NCBI GenBank assembly: GCA_028821265.1
Contig: JAPPGU010000036.1
Span: 78,681-142,680 of the forward strand
DNA: 64,000 bases
Direction: 5' to 3'
From: a bacterium
GTDB taxonomy: Bacteria > Actinomycetota > Acidimicrobiia > Spongiisociales > Spongiisociaceae
Positions 7,503 to 17,798 of this stretch are shown piece by piece. Within the stretch, counting starts at the first letter, position 1. Each line of letters starts with the position of its first letter. The notes beneath the pieces were generated by a model that saw only the letters and a program-made list of their open reading frames with translations, made no database searches and was not told where the DNA came from. A program made the position numbers and the translations under genes.

Positions 7503-8978
7503 CTAGCCGGCGCCGGCCTGCAGGTCGAGGCGTGCGATGGCTGCGGCAATCCGGGCCAGAGCCACCTCCCCGGGGAGCGCCTCCAGGCTCTCGAACAGGG
7601 GCGGTGAGATGTTGGAGCCGGTGATCGCCACCCGGATCGGCTGCCAACCCTTGCGGGGGTTGAGGCTCTCGGCGGCCAGCATGTCCCGCAAGGCCTTCTC
7701 GATGTTGGCGGCGTTCCAGTCCCCGACATTCTCGAGCATCCGCCGGGCGGCGGCCAGGGCTCGCCGGGCATCGGCTTTCATCACCTTCCGCCAGGCCTTG
7801 TCGTCATAGGTGATGTCCGAGAACAGGAAGCGCGCCGCCGGACCGATGTCGGTGGTCAGCTTGGCCCGCTCCTGGATGAGGGGCGCCAATCCGGCCAGGC
7901 GGCTCCGCTCGTCGCCGTCCAGGTCGCGCCCCAGGTCCTCCTCGACCGAGGCGACCGCCAGATCGGTGAAACGTCCCGTGGCCATCGACCGCATGTACAC
8001 GCCGTTCATCCAACCCAGCTTGTCGGGGTCGAAGACGGCCGGGCTCTTCTGGACGTCCGCCAGATCGAAGGCGGCGATCGCCTCCTCGCGGCCGAAGACC
8101 TCGTTGTCCGGATCGAGCGACCAGCCGAGCAGGCCCATGTAGTTGAACACCGCCTCCGGCAGGTACCCGCCCTCCCGGTAGGCGCGTAGCGACGTGTCGC
8201 CGTGCCGCTTCGACAGCTTCCGCCCGTCAGGGCCGAAGAGCAGCGGGAGATGGGCGTAGACGGGCCGCTCCCCGCCGAGTGCCTCGGTGATCAGGATGTG
8301 CTTGGGAGTCGAGGAGAGCAGGTCCTCCCCCCGGGCTACGTGGGTGATCCCGTAGTCGATGTCATCGACGGTCGACGCCAGGTGGTAGGTAGGGGAGCCG
8401 TCGGAGCGCAGGATCACGAAGTCGTCGATCGCGTCCGCCTCGAACCGCACCTCGCCCCGGACCACGTCCGTGAAGCCCACCGCCCGGCCCGGATTCGAGA
8501 ATCGAACCACCGCCTGCTCCCCCGCCCCGAGGCGTCGGCGGGCGGTGTCCGGGTCGCTGCCGGGGGGACGCCGGACGTAGTAACCGGGGGGTTTCTTCTC
8601 CACCCGGGCCCGGGCCCGCAACTCCTCCATCTCCTCAGTCGACCGGAAGTCGTGGTAGGCGCGTCCCATGTCGATCAACCGGTCCGCCACCTCCCGGTAA
8701 CGATCGAAGCGATCGGACTGGCGATAGGTACCGTGCGGCCCTCCCACCTCCACACCCTCGTCCCAATCCAGACCCAGCCAGCGGAACCCGGAGACGACGT
8801 CTTCTATGTAACGGTCGTCGGAGCGGGCCCGGTCGGTGTCGTCGATGCGGATGATGAAGACCCCGCCGTGGCGGCGGGCGAACAGCCAGTTGAACAAGGC
8901 CGCCCGCACGTTGCCGACATGGAGGTAGCCGGTCGGCGACGGGGCTATGCGTACCCGGACGCGGCGATCGCCGCTCAC
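7503..8978 (-). CDS. gltX: Glutamate-tRNA ligase
   Basis: RIAPSPTGYLHVGN (HIGH), RIDDTD, KLSKRHG (KMSKS). Confidence 0.97.
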   Translation of the reverse strand: MSGDRRVRVRIAPSPTGYLHVGNVRAALFNWLFARRHGGVFIIRIDDTDRARSDDRYIEDVVSGFRWLGLDWDEGVEVGGPHGTYRQSDRFDRYREVADRLIDMGRAYHDFRSTEEMEELRARARVEKKPPGYYVRRPPGSDPDTARRRLGAGEQAVVRFSNPGRAVGFTDVVRGEVRFEADAIDDFVILRSDGSPTYHLASTVDDIDYGITHVARGEDLLSSTPKHILITEALGGERPVYAHLPLLFGPDGRKLSKRHGDTSLRAYREGGYLPEAVFNYMGLLGWSLDPDNEVFGREEAIAAFDLADVQKSPAVFDPDKLGWMNGVYMRSMATGRFTDLAVASVEEDLGRDLDGDERSRLAGLAPLIQERAKLTTDIGPAARFLFSDITYDDKAWRKVMKADARRALAAARRMLENVGDWNAANIEKALRDMLAAESLNPRKGWQPIRVAITGSNISPPLFESLEALPGEVALARIAAAIARLDLQAGAG

Positions 8979-9736
8979 TCGGATACCACCGGATTGGTGA
9001 GGGCGCCCACTCCCTCGAGCGATACTTCCACTACGTCGCCGCTCGTGACGGGCCCGACGCCCGGAGGTGTACCGGTGAGGATCACGTCACCGGGCAGGAG
9101 GGTCATCACGTAGGTCACGAAGGAGATCAGTTCAGCCACCCCGAAGATCATGTCATTGATCGAGGTCCCCTGCCGCAAGACGCCGTTCACGCTGCATTCG
9201 AGGGAGAAGTCCTCCAAGGGATCGTATTCGGTCTCGATGGCCGGCCCGAGCGGGCAGAACGAGTCGAAGCTCTTGGCCCGGGCCGGCTGGCGCTCCTCCC
9301 GGAGAAGATCCTCGGCTGTGACGTCGTTACCGGCGGTGTAGCCGAGCACCACCGAGGAGGCGTCCTCGACCGCCACCCTTCGGGCCACCTTGCCGATGAC
9401 CACGGCCAGGGATGCTCCGTGGTTGACCTCGCCGGACAGGGTGGGCAGCACGATCGCCTGGCCCGGGCCGATGACCGCCGTGGAGGGCTTCATGAACAGG
9501 CTCGGCCTTTCCGGTAGCGGGCTGCCGGCCTCGTCCGCGCCGGAGGCGTAGTTGGCGGTGACGCCTATCACCTTGGTCGGGAACACCGGCGACAGGAGTC
9601 GGGCCTCGCGGAAGTCGACCACGACCTCCGTTGGTTGCCACGCCACGAACGGAGTCCCGTCATGGATGCGGATCCCCTCCGGCTCGACGGCGCCGTAACG
9701 GATGCCCTCAGGAGTCTGCATGCGGACGATCTTCAC
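8975..9736 (-). CDS. Fumarylacetoacetate hydrolase family protein
   Basis: FMKPSTAVIGPG, AKSFDSFCPLGP, MTLLPGDVILTGTP; 4 nt overlap with gltX as in other Actinobacteria. Confidence 0.93.
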   Translation of the reverse strand: MKIVRMQTPEGIRYGAVEPEGIRIHDGTPFVAWQPTEVVVDFREARLLSPVFPTKVIGVTANYASGADEAGSPLPERPSLFMKPSTAVIGPGQAIVLPTLSGEVNHGASLAVVIGKVARRVAVEDASSVVLGYTAGNDVTAEDLLREERQPARAKSFDSFCPLGPAIETEYDPLEDFSLECSVNGVLRQGTSINDMIFGVAELISFVTYVMTLLPGDVILTGTPPGVGPVTSGDVVEVSLEGVGALTNPVVSE

Positions 9737-10137
9737 GGGCGTACGCTCCCTAGTGCTAGCGCATGCGGCGGTCGAGGCCTTAGGCGGAGGTTTTTTCGCG
9801 TTCTCGGGGTGACGGGGTCGGATCTGTCACAGGCTCGCGCCATGTTGGGGATCACCAAATACCCGGCGGCTCCGAGCTCCGACGTCAGCCCGGCCGCCCG
9901 AGGGGTTATCGAACATCGAGAGCGGGCCCCGAGGCCCGGCCCGGCGGAGCGCGCTCTCATCCCAGGAAAGGTGGCGGTGGGGGAGGGCCCGGCGGTGCCG
10001 CCGCACGAGGCCAGTTTTTTGGCTCCACTGGTCGGCGAGCCTGGAGAGAGATCAGACGGTGCCGAGCCGGCGGCCCTCATGACGCGGTCCGGCCGGCTCC
10101 GGACGGCATGAACAACCTGACACCCTCGTCCGGCCGG

Positions 10138-10653
10138 TCAGGCGACCAGGGAAGGGTCAGCCCGGAGACGGGCTCGTATCCGGCGGGGCTCGTCCATGAG
10201 AAGATCGGCCGGAACCGACCCGAGCGCCGAGCGTCCCGGCCAGGGATCGTGCGCCAACTCGTCCAGCCAGCGCTCTCTCACCTCGGCGAGCCCTGCCGGG
10301 GCCCCGCCCGTCCGGGCATAGCCATCGTGCAACCCCACCAGAGACAGCGCAACCTCCACGTCCTGGCGAGTAGGCCCCCGGCGAGCATGGGATGCCCGGG
10401 CGCCTACCAACGCGGAAAGCAAGCTCTCCAGATCCCTGGGCCTCCGGCCCCGATCGAACGAGGCCGCTCTGATCATCTGTAGCCCCCAGCCGGTGTCGGG
10501 GCCCGGCCGCCCGAACGACCCTCCGGATGGTGTCTCGGCGGGAGAAGTGATCTCGCCGGGGCGGGTCGGGCTCCAGCGTCGCTCCGGGGCCCGGTCGAGG
10601 TCTTCGGCGGGTCGCTCCGTAGAGCGCAGGCGGATGTTCGGTTGCCTGCCCAT
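10138..10653 (-). CDS. Hypothetical protein
   Basis: 171 aa ORF with GGAGG upstream, co-oriented between ilvE and the FAH gene; no motif recognised. Confidence 0.65.
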   Translation of the reverse strand: MGRQPNIRLRSTERPAEDLDRAPERRWSPTRPGEITSPAETPSGGSFGRPGPDTGWGLQMIRAASFDRGRRPRDLESLLSALVGARASHARRGPTRQDVEVALSLVGLHDGYARTGGAPAGLAEVRERWLDELAHDPWPGRSALGSVPADLLMDEPRRIRARLRADPSLVA

Positions 10654-10717
10654 CAGATGACCTCCGTCGGGACTTGCATCGTCCCTCGGCGCATCCCGAA
10701 CCGCCTACGGTCGACCA

Positions 10718-11629
10718 CTAGATGTAGTCGAGCCAGTCGGTGTATTCATCCAGCTTGCCGGTGTAGGCGTCGGCGTAGATCTCCTGCGCCCGCCTGGTTA
10801 CCGGGCCGGGACGGCCCGAACCGACCGTACGGTTGTCGACCTCGCGTACCGGTGTCACCTCGGCCGCGGTCCCCGTCATGAACAGCTCGTCGCAGTAGTA
10901 CAGGTCGGAGCGGTGGATCACCTTCTCCACCACCTCGTACCCGTCGTCGCGGAGGAGCGTCATCACCGAGTTGCGGGTGATGCCGTCGAGGCACCCGGCC
11001 GACAGCGGCGGCGTGTAGATGACGCCGTCGCGGATCACGAACAGGTTCTCGCCCGAGCCCTCGGAGATCGAGCCCTCCGAATTGAGCATCAAGGCCTCGT
11101 CGTAGCCGTCCGTTACCGCCTCGCGCTTGGCGAGGATCGAGTTGATGTAGGTCCCGGTCGCCTTGGCGTTCGGGAACGCATCATGGGAGAAGCGACGCCA
11201 CGAGGAGACCTTGACCCGTATGCCGTTGAGGATGCCCTCCTCGCCGAGATAGGCGCCCCACTGCCAGGTAATGATCGCCACCTGCACTTTGGCGTTGCGG
11301 GGATCCAGACCGAGCGCGCCGAGGCCGAGGAAGACGATCGGGCGGATGTAGGCGGATGAGAACTCGTTGGCCCGGACTACCTCCTTGGCAGCCTCGACCA
11401 TCTCGTCCACCGAGTACCCGAGATCCATGCGGTACGACTTGGCGGACCGGGCCAGACGTCTCATGTGGTCGGTAAGCCGGAAACCGGCCGTACCGCCCAC
11501 TGCTTCGTAGGCCCGGATGCCTTCGAAGACACCCGTGCCGTAGTGCAATGCGTGGGTCAGGACATGGACGGTGGCATCCTCGAAGTCAACGATCCGACCA
11601 TCCATCCATATGTATCTTGCCGTATCCAT
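10718..11629 (-). CDS. ilvE: Branched-chain amino acid aminotransferase
   Basis: THALHYGTGVFEGIRAY, AKATGTY, EGSGENLF, LDGITR, GTAAEVTPV. Start placed at ATG 11629, 7 nt after TATCAT. Confidence 0.96.
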   Translation of the reverse strand: MDTARYIWMDGRIVDFEDATVHVLTHALHYGTGVFEGIRAYEAVGGTAGFRLTDHMRRLARSAKSYRMDLGYSVDEMVEAAKEVVRANEFSSAYIRPIVFLGLGALGLDPRNAKVQVAIITWQWGAYLGEEGILNGIRVKVSSWRRFSHDAFPNAKATGTYINSILAKREAVTDGYDEALMLNSEGSISEGSGENLFVIRDGVIYTPPLSAGCLDGITRNSVMTLLRDDGYEVVEKVIHRSDLYYCDELFMTGTAAEVTPVREVDNRTVGSGRPGPVTRRAQEIYADAYTGKLDEYTDWLDYI

Positions 11630-11764
11630 GACCACCATGATAGAACCCGCGCAGACCGAGTAACCCGCATCTGCCCGGTGGTTCCGGCGGCCGGACCGGA
11701 CCGGCCGGAGTCCGGACGCTGCCCCGCGCGGTATCCTGCTGGCTGGTCCTGATGCAATGCGTTC

Positions 11765-12487
11765 GTGAGTAGCCTGCTCTCACCCGATATCTGGGTGTCC
11801 CTGGTGGCCCTGACGGCCCTCGAGATCGTGCTGGGCGTGGACAACCTGGTGTTCATCTCGCTGATGGCCAACAAGCTGCCTCCCGCGTCTCGGGACCGGG
11901 TGTGGAAAGTCGGGCTGGCGATGGCAGCTGCTATGCGGGTGGTGCTCCTGTTCGCCATCAACTGGGTGATCGGCCTTACCGCGCCGCTGTTCTCCGTCTT
12001 CAACCACAGCGTCTCCGGGCGGGACCTGATCCTCCTGGGCGGCGGCGCGTTCCTGCTCGGCAAGGCCGTGATCGAGATCCACGAGCAGCTCTATCCGGGA
12101 TCGCGCCACGACGGTAGGGCCGAACGGACCGCCGCCACCTTCGCAGGTGTGCTGGGCCAGATCGCGTTGCTGGACATGGTCTTCAGCCTGGACTCGGTGA
12201 TAACCGCCGTGGGCATGGCCGACCGGATCGGGGTCATGATCGCGGCCGTGCTCATCGCGGTCGGCGTGATGATGTGGCTCTCGAGCCCGGTCATGCGGAT
12301 CGTCAACGAGCACCCGACCATCCGGATGCTGGCGCTGGCCTTCCTCCTCCTGATCGGGGTCTCTCTCGTCGCCGAGGGCGGTGGCGCCCACCTCCCCAAG
12401 GGCTACATCTACTCCGCTATGGGCTTCGCCGTGCTGGTGGAGATGCTGAACATGCGCATGCGGCGCAACCAGACCATCCGTGAGTGA
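11765..12487 (+). CDS. TerC family membrane protein
   Basis: LEIVLGVDNLVFI, DMVFSLDSVITAVGM, PKGYIYSAMGF. Confidence 0.95.
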   Translation: MSSLLSPDIWVSLVALTALEIVLGVDNLVFISLMANKLPPASRDRVWKVGLAMAAAMRVVLLFAINWVIGLTAPLFSVFNHSVSGRDLILLGGGAFLLGKAVIEIHEQLYPGSRHDGRAERTAATFAGVLGQIALLDMVFSLDSVITAVGMADRIGVMIAAVLIAVGVMMWLSSPVMRIVNEHPTIRMLALAFLLLIGVSLVAEGGGAHLPKGYIYSAMGFAVLVEMLNMRMRRNQTIRE

Positions 12488-12496
12488 TCGGGGTCA

Positions 12497-12946
12497 ATGG
12501 CCAGGGTCCTAGCGTCGTGGTTCGGGTGCGGGTTCATCCCGCGCCGGCTCCGGGGGGCTGACGAGGGCGCCGGGACGGTGGGCGCCCTGGCCGCTCTGGT
12601 ACCGGCCCTCCTCCTCGGCCGGGCCGGATGGGCGGCTCAACTGGCCGCAGCCCTGGCGGTGTGCGCTCTCTCGGTGTGGGCGAGCGGGCACTTCGCCGAC
12701 GAGGGGGACCCGGGATGGGTCGTGATAGACGAGGCGGCCGGAACGTTCATCGCCACCATCGGGGTGTCCCTCCTTCCGGCACTGGTCGGCTTCGTGGTGT
12801 TCCGGGTCGCCGACATCACCAAGCGGTTCCCGCTCGTGCAGAGGGCCGAGACCCTACCGGGCGGGCTGGGGATCACCGCAGACGATGTGGTGGCGGGCTT
12901 GTGGGGCCTCGGCGCGGCCTGGATCGTTCAGGGCCTCACGGGTTGA
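12497..12946 (+). CDS. pgpA: Phosphatidylglycerophosphatase A
   Basis: GTVGAL, DPGWVVIDEAAG, FRVADITK, GGLGITADDVVAG. Confidence 0.92.
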   Translation: MARVLASWFGCGFIPRRLRGADEGAGTVGALAALVPALLLGRAGWAAQLAAALAVCALSVWASGHFADEGDPGWVVIDEAAGTFIATIGVSLLPALVGFVVFRVADITKRFPLVQRAETLPGGLGITADDVVAGLWGLGAAWIVQGLTG

Positions 12947-13020
12947 CGGTGAGGGACCCGACGCAACGAGGGACTAGCTAGCGGCATTATTAGCCGGAAT
13001 CCCTCCCTTGGGCGGAGCGG

Positions 13021-14469
13021 TCAGAGTCCGGCTCGCTCGGTGATGAGGGTTCCGGCCAGTTTCGGGTCGGCCTTTCCGCGGGTATTGCGCATCACCTGGC
13101 CCACGAAGAACCCGACCAGCTTGCGCTCGCCATCCTTGAGGCGGGCGAACTCGTCAGGATTCGCCGCGATCAACTCGTCCACCACCGACTCCAGCAAGCC
13201 CGTGTCGGATATCTGCAGCAGATCGCGGCCCGCAGCCACTTCCGCCGGAGAGCCCTCCCCTGCGATCACTCCGGCCAGCACCTCGCGGGCGGCCGAGCCG
13301 GACAGGGTCCCCTGCCGGATCATGCCCAGCAACTCTGCCAGCGACGACCCGGTCAGAGACGACCCTCCCACCGACGGGATTCCGGCCTTCCGTAGGGAGG
13401 CCACCACCTCACCTGTCGCCCAGTTGGCGGCCTGAGGAGCACCGGCCCCGGCTTCCACGGCATCCTCGAACAGTTGCGCCAGGCCCGCCTCCGCTCCCAC
13501 CAGGTTGGCCGCCTGGGCGGCATCGATGCCCATCTCCTCGTAACGCACCCGCCGGACGCTCGGCAGTTCCGGTAACAGGGCCGCCATCCCGTCTTCCCAA
13601 TCACGGTCGAGTTCCATCGGCACCAGATCGGGATCGGGGAAGTAGCGGTAGTCCGAGCTGCCCTCCTTGATCCGCCCTCCCCTGGTGACGCCGGCCTCCT
13701 CGTCCCAATGGCGGGTCTCCATGACGATCCTCTGCCCGCTCGACAGGCGAGCGGTCTGGCGTTCTATCTCGTACGAGACGGCCCGCTCCAGGGAGCGGAA
13801 CGAGTTCATGTTCTTGATCTCCACCTTCGTGCCGAGTGGAGCCCGGGGTCCCGCACGCACCGAGACGTTGGCGTCGAAGCGGATCGACCCCTCCTCCAGC
13901 CGGGCGTCGGACACGCCAAGAGCCTCCACCAGCAACCTCAGCTCCTGCGCGTAGGCCCTGGCCTGCGCGGCGGACCTGATGTCGGGACGGGTCACGATCT
14001 CGACCAGCGGCACGCCGGAACGGTTGAAGTCGAGCAACGAGTACTCGGCCGCGCTGATCCTGCCGTCGCCACCCCGGTGGGTGCTCTTGCCGGTGTCCTC
14101 CTCCTGATGGACCCGCTCGATCCGGATCCGACCCGGATGGTCGCCGCCCACCTCGAGGTAGCCGTCCACGCAGACCGGCAGGTCGAACTGGGAGATCTGG
14201 TAGTTCTTCGGCAGGTCGGCGTAGAAGTAGTTCTTGCGGTGGAACACCGGGCGGCGGGTCACCGAGCAGTTCAGTGCCAGGCCTATCTGCATGATCCGGT
14301 TGATCGCCTCGCGGTTGGGCACCGGCAACGCGCCCGGCAACCCCAGGCAGACCGGGCAGATGTTGGTGTTGGGCTCGGCGTCGAACCGGGCCGGGCAACC
14401 GCAGAACATCTTCGACGCCGTGGACAGCTCGACGTGGGTCTCGAGGCCGATGACCGCCTCCCAGGTCAC
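13021..14469 (-). CDS. gatB: Asp/Glu-tRNA amidotransferase subunit B
   Basis: IGLETHVEL, CPVCLGLPGALP, RKNYFYADLPKNYQISQ, DYRYFPDPDL; start GTG 14469 overlaps gatA stop. Confidence 0.97.
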   Translation of the reverse strand: MTWEAVIGLETHVELSTASKMFCGCPARFDAEPNTNICPVCLGLPGALPVPNREAINRIMQIGLALNCSVTRRPVFHRKNYFYADLPKNYQISQFDLPVCVDGYLEVGGDHPGRIRIERVHQEEDTGKSTHRGGDGRISAAEYSLLDFNRSGVPLVEIVTRPDIRSAAQARAYAQELRLLVEALGVSDARLEEGSIRFDANVSVRAGPRAPLGTKVEIKNMNSFRSLERAVSYEIERQTARLSSGQRIVMETRHWDEEAGVTRGGRIKEGSSDYRYFPDPDLVPMELDRDWEDGMAALLPELPSVRRVRYEEMGIDAAQAANLVGAEAGLAQLFEDAVEAGAGAPQAANWATGEVVASLRKAGIPSVGGSSLTGSSLAELLGMIRQGTLSGSAAREVLAGVIAGEGSPAEVAAGRDLLQISDTGLLESVVDELIAANPDEFARLKDGERKLVGFFVGQVMRNTRGKADPKLAGTLITERAGL

Positions 14470-15950
14470 CGGACCCCGCCTCTCAGCCCGTATGACGGGT
14501 CGAACGGAACGGTCGTGTCGAAGCCGGCGAGGGATTCCACGGCCGCGGCCACCTGGAACATGACCGCCTCCTCCAAGGCCGGCGCCATCACCTGGAACCC
14601 GATGGGCAGATCGTGGCGGTCCAGGCCGACCGGGACGCTGATGGCCGGATGCCCGGCCAGATTGGACGGGATGGTGAAGACATCGCTCACGTACATCGAC
14701 AGCGGGTCCTCGGTCCGGTCGCCCAGCGGGAAGGCGGTGGTGGCGCTGGTGGGCGAGACCAGCACGTCGCACTGCCGGTAGGCGCGCGCAAAGTCCTCGC
14801 GGATCAGGGTGCGCACCTTCTGGGCCTGGCCGTAGAACGCCTCGTGGTAGCCGGCCGAGAGGGCGAAGGTGCCCAGCAGCACCCGGCGGGTCACCTCGGG
14901 GCCGAACCCGTCGGCGCGGGAGCGGGACATCATCTGCTCGGTGGTAGCGCCGTCCACCCGCAGCCCGTACCGGACCCCGTCGAAGCGGGCCAGGTTGGCG
15001 GAGCACTCGGCCGGTGCGATCAGGTAATAGGCGGAAAGGCCCTGCTCCGTGGAGGGGAGATCGACCTCCAGGGTGACAGCCCCGGCCCCCTCCATGGCCG
15101 CCAGCGCACGGTCGAAGGCCGCCTCCACATCCGGCTCCACCGCATCGGCGCCACCTAGCCGGCGCGCCACACCCACGCGGACCCCGTCCAGGCCCCCGCC
15201 GAGCCGGGCACCTGACGGCTCGATCCCGCCCGGATACGAGGTGGAGTCGAGCGGATCGTGGCCGGAGATGGCGTCGAGCAGGAGGGCGGCATCCTCAACG
15301 CGGTGGGCAATGGGACCGATCTGGTCGAGCGAGGAGGCGAAGGCGATCAGCCCGTAGCGGCTGACCGCTCCGTACGTGGGCTTGGCACCGACCACTCCGC
15401 ACAACGAGGCGGGTTGGCGGATCGAACCGCCCGTATCGGAACCCAGGCCGCCCAAGGCCATTCCGGCCGCAACCGCCGCTGCGCTCCCGCCCGACGAACC
15501 GCCGGGGACCCGGTCGGTGTTCCAGGGGTTACGGGTGGGCCCGAAGGCGGAGTTCTCCGTGGAAGACCCCATGGCGAACTCGTCGAGGTTGGTCTTGCCC
15601 GCGATCAGCGCGCCGGCATCCCGGAGGCGCCGGATTGCTGTGGCATCGTACGGGGGGACGTAGCCGGACAGGATCCTCGAACCCGCCGTGGTCTCCATGT
15701 GCCGGGTGGTCATGTTGTCCTTGACGGCGATCGGGATACCGTGGAGCGGTCCGCGATCACTCCCGGCCGCCAACTCCTCGTCAGCCCGGGCGGCGGCTTC
15801 CATCAGGCCGTCCGAATCGAGGGTCAGGTAGGCGTGGAGTTGGGCCTCGACCATCGAGGTGCGTTGCAGGACCTGTTCGGCCAGCCCGACCGAGGTGACC
15901 GATCCGTCCCGGAGGGCGCGGGCCGCCCCCACGATCGTGGTGAACGCCAC
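14466..15950 (-). CDS. gatA: Asp/Glu-tRNA amidotransferase subunit A
   Basis: GKTNLDEFAMGSSTE, GGSSGGS, GSDTGGSIRQP, SANLARFDGVRYG. Confidence 0.97.
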   Translation of the reverse strand: MAFTTIVGAARALRDGSVTSVGLAEQVLQRTSMVEAQLHAYLTLDSDGLMEAAARADEELAAGSDRGPLHGIPIAVKDNMTTRHMETTAGSRILSGYVPPYDATAIRRLRDAGALIAGKTNLDEFAMGSSTENSAFGPTRNPWNTDRVPGGSSGGSAAAVAAGMALGGLGSDTGGSIRQPASLCGVVGAKPTYGAVSRYGLIAFASSLDQIGPIAHRVEDAALLLDAISGHDPLDSTSYPGGIEPSGARLGGGLDGVRVGVARRLGGADAVEPDVEAAFDRALAAMEGAGAVTLEVDLPSTEQGLSAYYLIAPAECSANLARFDGVRYGLRVDGATTEQMMSRSRADGFGPEVTRRVLLGTFALSAGYHEAFYGQAQKVRTLIREDFARAYRQCDVLVSPTSATTAFPLGDRTEDPLSMYVSDVFTIPSNLAGHPAISVPVGLDRHDLPIGFQVMAPALEEAVMFQVAAAVESLAGFDTTVPFDPSYGLRGGVR

Positions 15951-15953
15951 GGC

Positions 15954-16250
15954 TCAGGCCTCCTCGATGGCCGGCGGCACCCGGAAGAACGGGCCTTCGG
16001 TGTCCGGGGCCTGGGCCAGCACCTCCTCGTGGCCCAGCACCGTCTCCGGGGTGATTCGATCCTCGCGGAAACGGTTGGTCATGGGGAGGGGATGGGAGGT
16101 GGGCTCCACACCCTCGGTATCCACCGCCTGGATGCGAGCTACGTGCTCGAGCAACTCCCGGCACTGGCGCCCGTAGGTGTCCAGTTGCCGGTCGGACAAC
16201 TCGAGACGCGCTAGTCGCGCCACGTGGGAAATGTCGATCTCTATGGCCAC
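15954..16250 (-). CDS. gatC: Asp/Glu-tRNA amidotransferase subunit C
   Basis: HVARLARL, VDTEGVEPTSHP, FFRVP; start GTG 16250, 7 nt after TAACCT. Confidence 0.95.
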   Translation of the reverse strand: MAIEIDISHVARLARLELSDRQLDTYGRQCRELLEHVARIQAVDTEGVEPTSHPLPMTNRFREDRITPETVLGHEEVLAQAPDTEGPFFRVPPAIEEA

Positions 16251-16257
16251 GGGCGGG

Positions 16258-16263
16258 AGGTTA
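16258..16263 (-). promoter_or_regulatory. -10 box (TAACCT) of probable leaderless gatCAB promoter
   Basis: TAnnnT 7 nt upstream of GTG 16250. Confidence 0.55.
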
Positions 16264-16314
16264 ACCGGCAGCGGACGGCATCCCGGATGGCGCGCTGGCA
16301 CCGTTGGGCGCTAG

Positions 16315-16707
16315 CTAACGCGTCAAGGCGGCGGCCAGCCCGTCAGGATCGTCGGTGCCTATCAAGAACTCCTTCTCGGTAAGGGTGACCCGCACCGCGT
16401 CCCGTCCCCACACGTTCCACATCCAACCCTTGGGCGTGCGCCGGATGCCCCACCCGTACCACAGGGGAATCCGCTCCGGAACGGCCGAGATGACCCTGTC
16501 GCGGTCGATCCGCCGGCGGGGCCAGCCGAAGGTGTAGGCCAGAAGGATCTCAGCAGCGCTGACCGTCACTGTCAGCCGGAGGAAGCCCAGGTAGATCAGC
16601 GAGAGCACCGGAAACAACCCGGCCAGGTACGGGGCTCTCTCGGGATCGTTCACCGACGAAAGGAGGACCACCGGGATCCACCAGCAGCACACCACGATCC
16701 AGATCAC
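16315..16707 (-). CDS. Small membrane protein (two TM helices plus a PH-like WYGWGIR domain)
   Basis: Two hydrophobic helices, WYGWGIR, IGTDDPDGL. Confidence 0.75.
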   Translation of the reverse strand: MIWIVVCCWWIPVVLLSSVNDPERAPYLAGLFPVLSLIYLGFLRLTVTVSAAEILLAYTFGWPRRRIDRDRVISAVPERIPLWYGWGIRRTPKGWMWNVWGRDAVRVTLTEKEFLIGTDDPDGLAAALTR

Positions 16708-16736
16708 GGGTGGGCCGGCCTGGGAGTGCCTGTATA

Positions 16737-17798
16737 TCAGCCGGATGGCGCTTCGGCCAGGAAACCGAGCAGAGCCTCCAGTGCCGGTCCCAGGTTGGCG
16801 ATCGGAACGCTCTCCGTGGCCTGGTGGGCCTGGGCAACCTCACCCGGTCCGTAGTTGACCGCCGGTATCCCGTAGCGCGCCAGACGGGCAACATCCGTCC
16901 AGGCCTGCTTGGGAGTGAGCGGAGCGCCGGTGGCTCGGATCAGCCGGTCGAGGTGCGGGTTGCCTTCCGGGACCGGGGCGCCGGGAACGATCTCATGGAC
17001 CTCCAGGGCGTCGGCGGGGGCGGCAATCTCGGACATCCGCCTGCGCGCCGCTTCGGGGGACACGTCGGGCGGGAACCGGTAGTTGAGATGGAGATCGAAA
17101 CGTCCCGGGATCACATTGCGCGCCACCCCGGCGGAAGCCTGGGTTACGGAGAACACCTCGTAGAAGGAAAGGCCCGACACCACGTGTTCCTCGGGCTGCC
17201 GCTCGTGGAGATCGGCGAGCCACGCGCCTGCCTTGGTGACGGCGTTCTCGCCCAGCCAGGGGCGGGCGCTATGGGCGCTCTTGCCCTCGAAACGGACGGT
17301 GGCGTTCGCGGTGCCCTGGCAACCGAGCTGGAGCTCGAGATCCGTAGGCTCAAGCACCACTGCGAACTCAGCCCCGGTCAGCCATGACATCTCCTGCAGA
17401 ACCGGCTCGAGGCCGTTCCCGGCGTCGGGACCCTCCTCGGCATCGTAGAACACGCCGACCACATCGAAAGGACCCTCCCGGACCGCCTCCTCCTCGAGCA
17501 GGTGAACCATGACCGCGACGCCCGACTTCATGTCCGACGTTCCGAGACCGAGCAGCCGTCCTCCCTCGACCTGAGCCGGACCCTGACCTTGGGGAGGCAC
17601 GGTATCGATGTGACCGACCAGCAGGAGGAGTGGGCGCCCGGTGCGGCCGCCTACCGCCAGGCTGTTGCCGATGCGCCGAATGTGCTCGCTCGCATAAGTC
17701 GAACCGAGCCGGCGGGAGAGGGCTTCGCAGAGTTGGCCCTCCTGGCCGGTAGGAGACGGGGTGTCGACCAGCCAGCACAGGGTGTCCAGCACCGTCAT
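16737..17798 (-). CDS. dapE: Succinyl-diaminopimelate desuccinylase
   Basis: GHIDTVP, GTSDMKSG, YDAEEG, HSARPWLGENA, QAWTDVAR. Confidence 0.94.
   Translation of the reverse strand: MTVLDTLCWLVDTPSPTGQEGQLCEALSRRLGSTYASEHIRRIGNSLAVGGRTGRPLLLLVGHIDTVPPQGQGPAQVEGGRLLGLGTSDMKSGVAVMVHLLEEEAVREGPFDVVGVFYDAEEGPDAGNGLEPVLQEMSWLTGAEFAVVLEPTDLELQLGCQGTANATVRFEGKSAHSARPWLGENAVTKAGAWLADLHERQPEEHVVSGLSFYEVFSVTQASAGVARNVIPGRFDLHLNYRFPPDVSPEAARRRMSEIAAPADALEVHEIVPGAPVPEGNPHLDRLIRATGAPLTPKQAWTDVARLARYGIPAVNYGPGEVAQAHQATESVPIANLGPALEALLGFLAEAPSG

Noticed and set aside
9737-10137. 400 bp gap with a TGTCAC-N10-CATGTT motif and half LexA-like TCGAAC, possibly a decayed DNA-damage-regulated gene
   Set aside because: Motifs are degenerate and no credible ORF or RNA fold follows; cannot be supported by eye.
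14470-15006. Long N-terminal extensions in the ORF track (gatB here; likewise mrp, erpA, secF, tgt, hisS)
   Set aside because: They overlap neighbouring genes or repeats out of frame; better starts exist at overlapping stop/start junctions.
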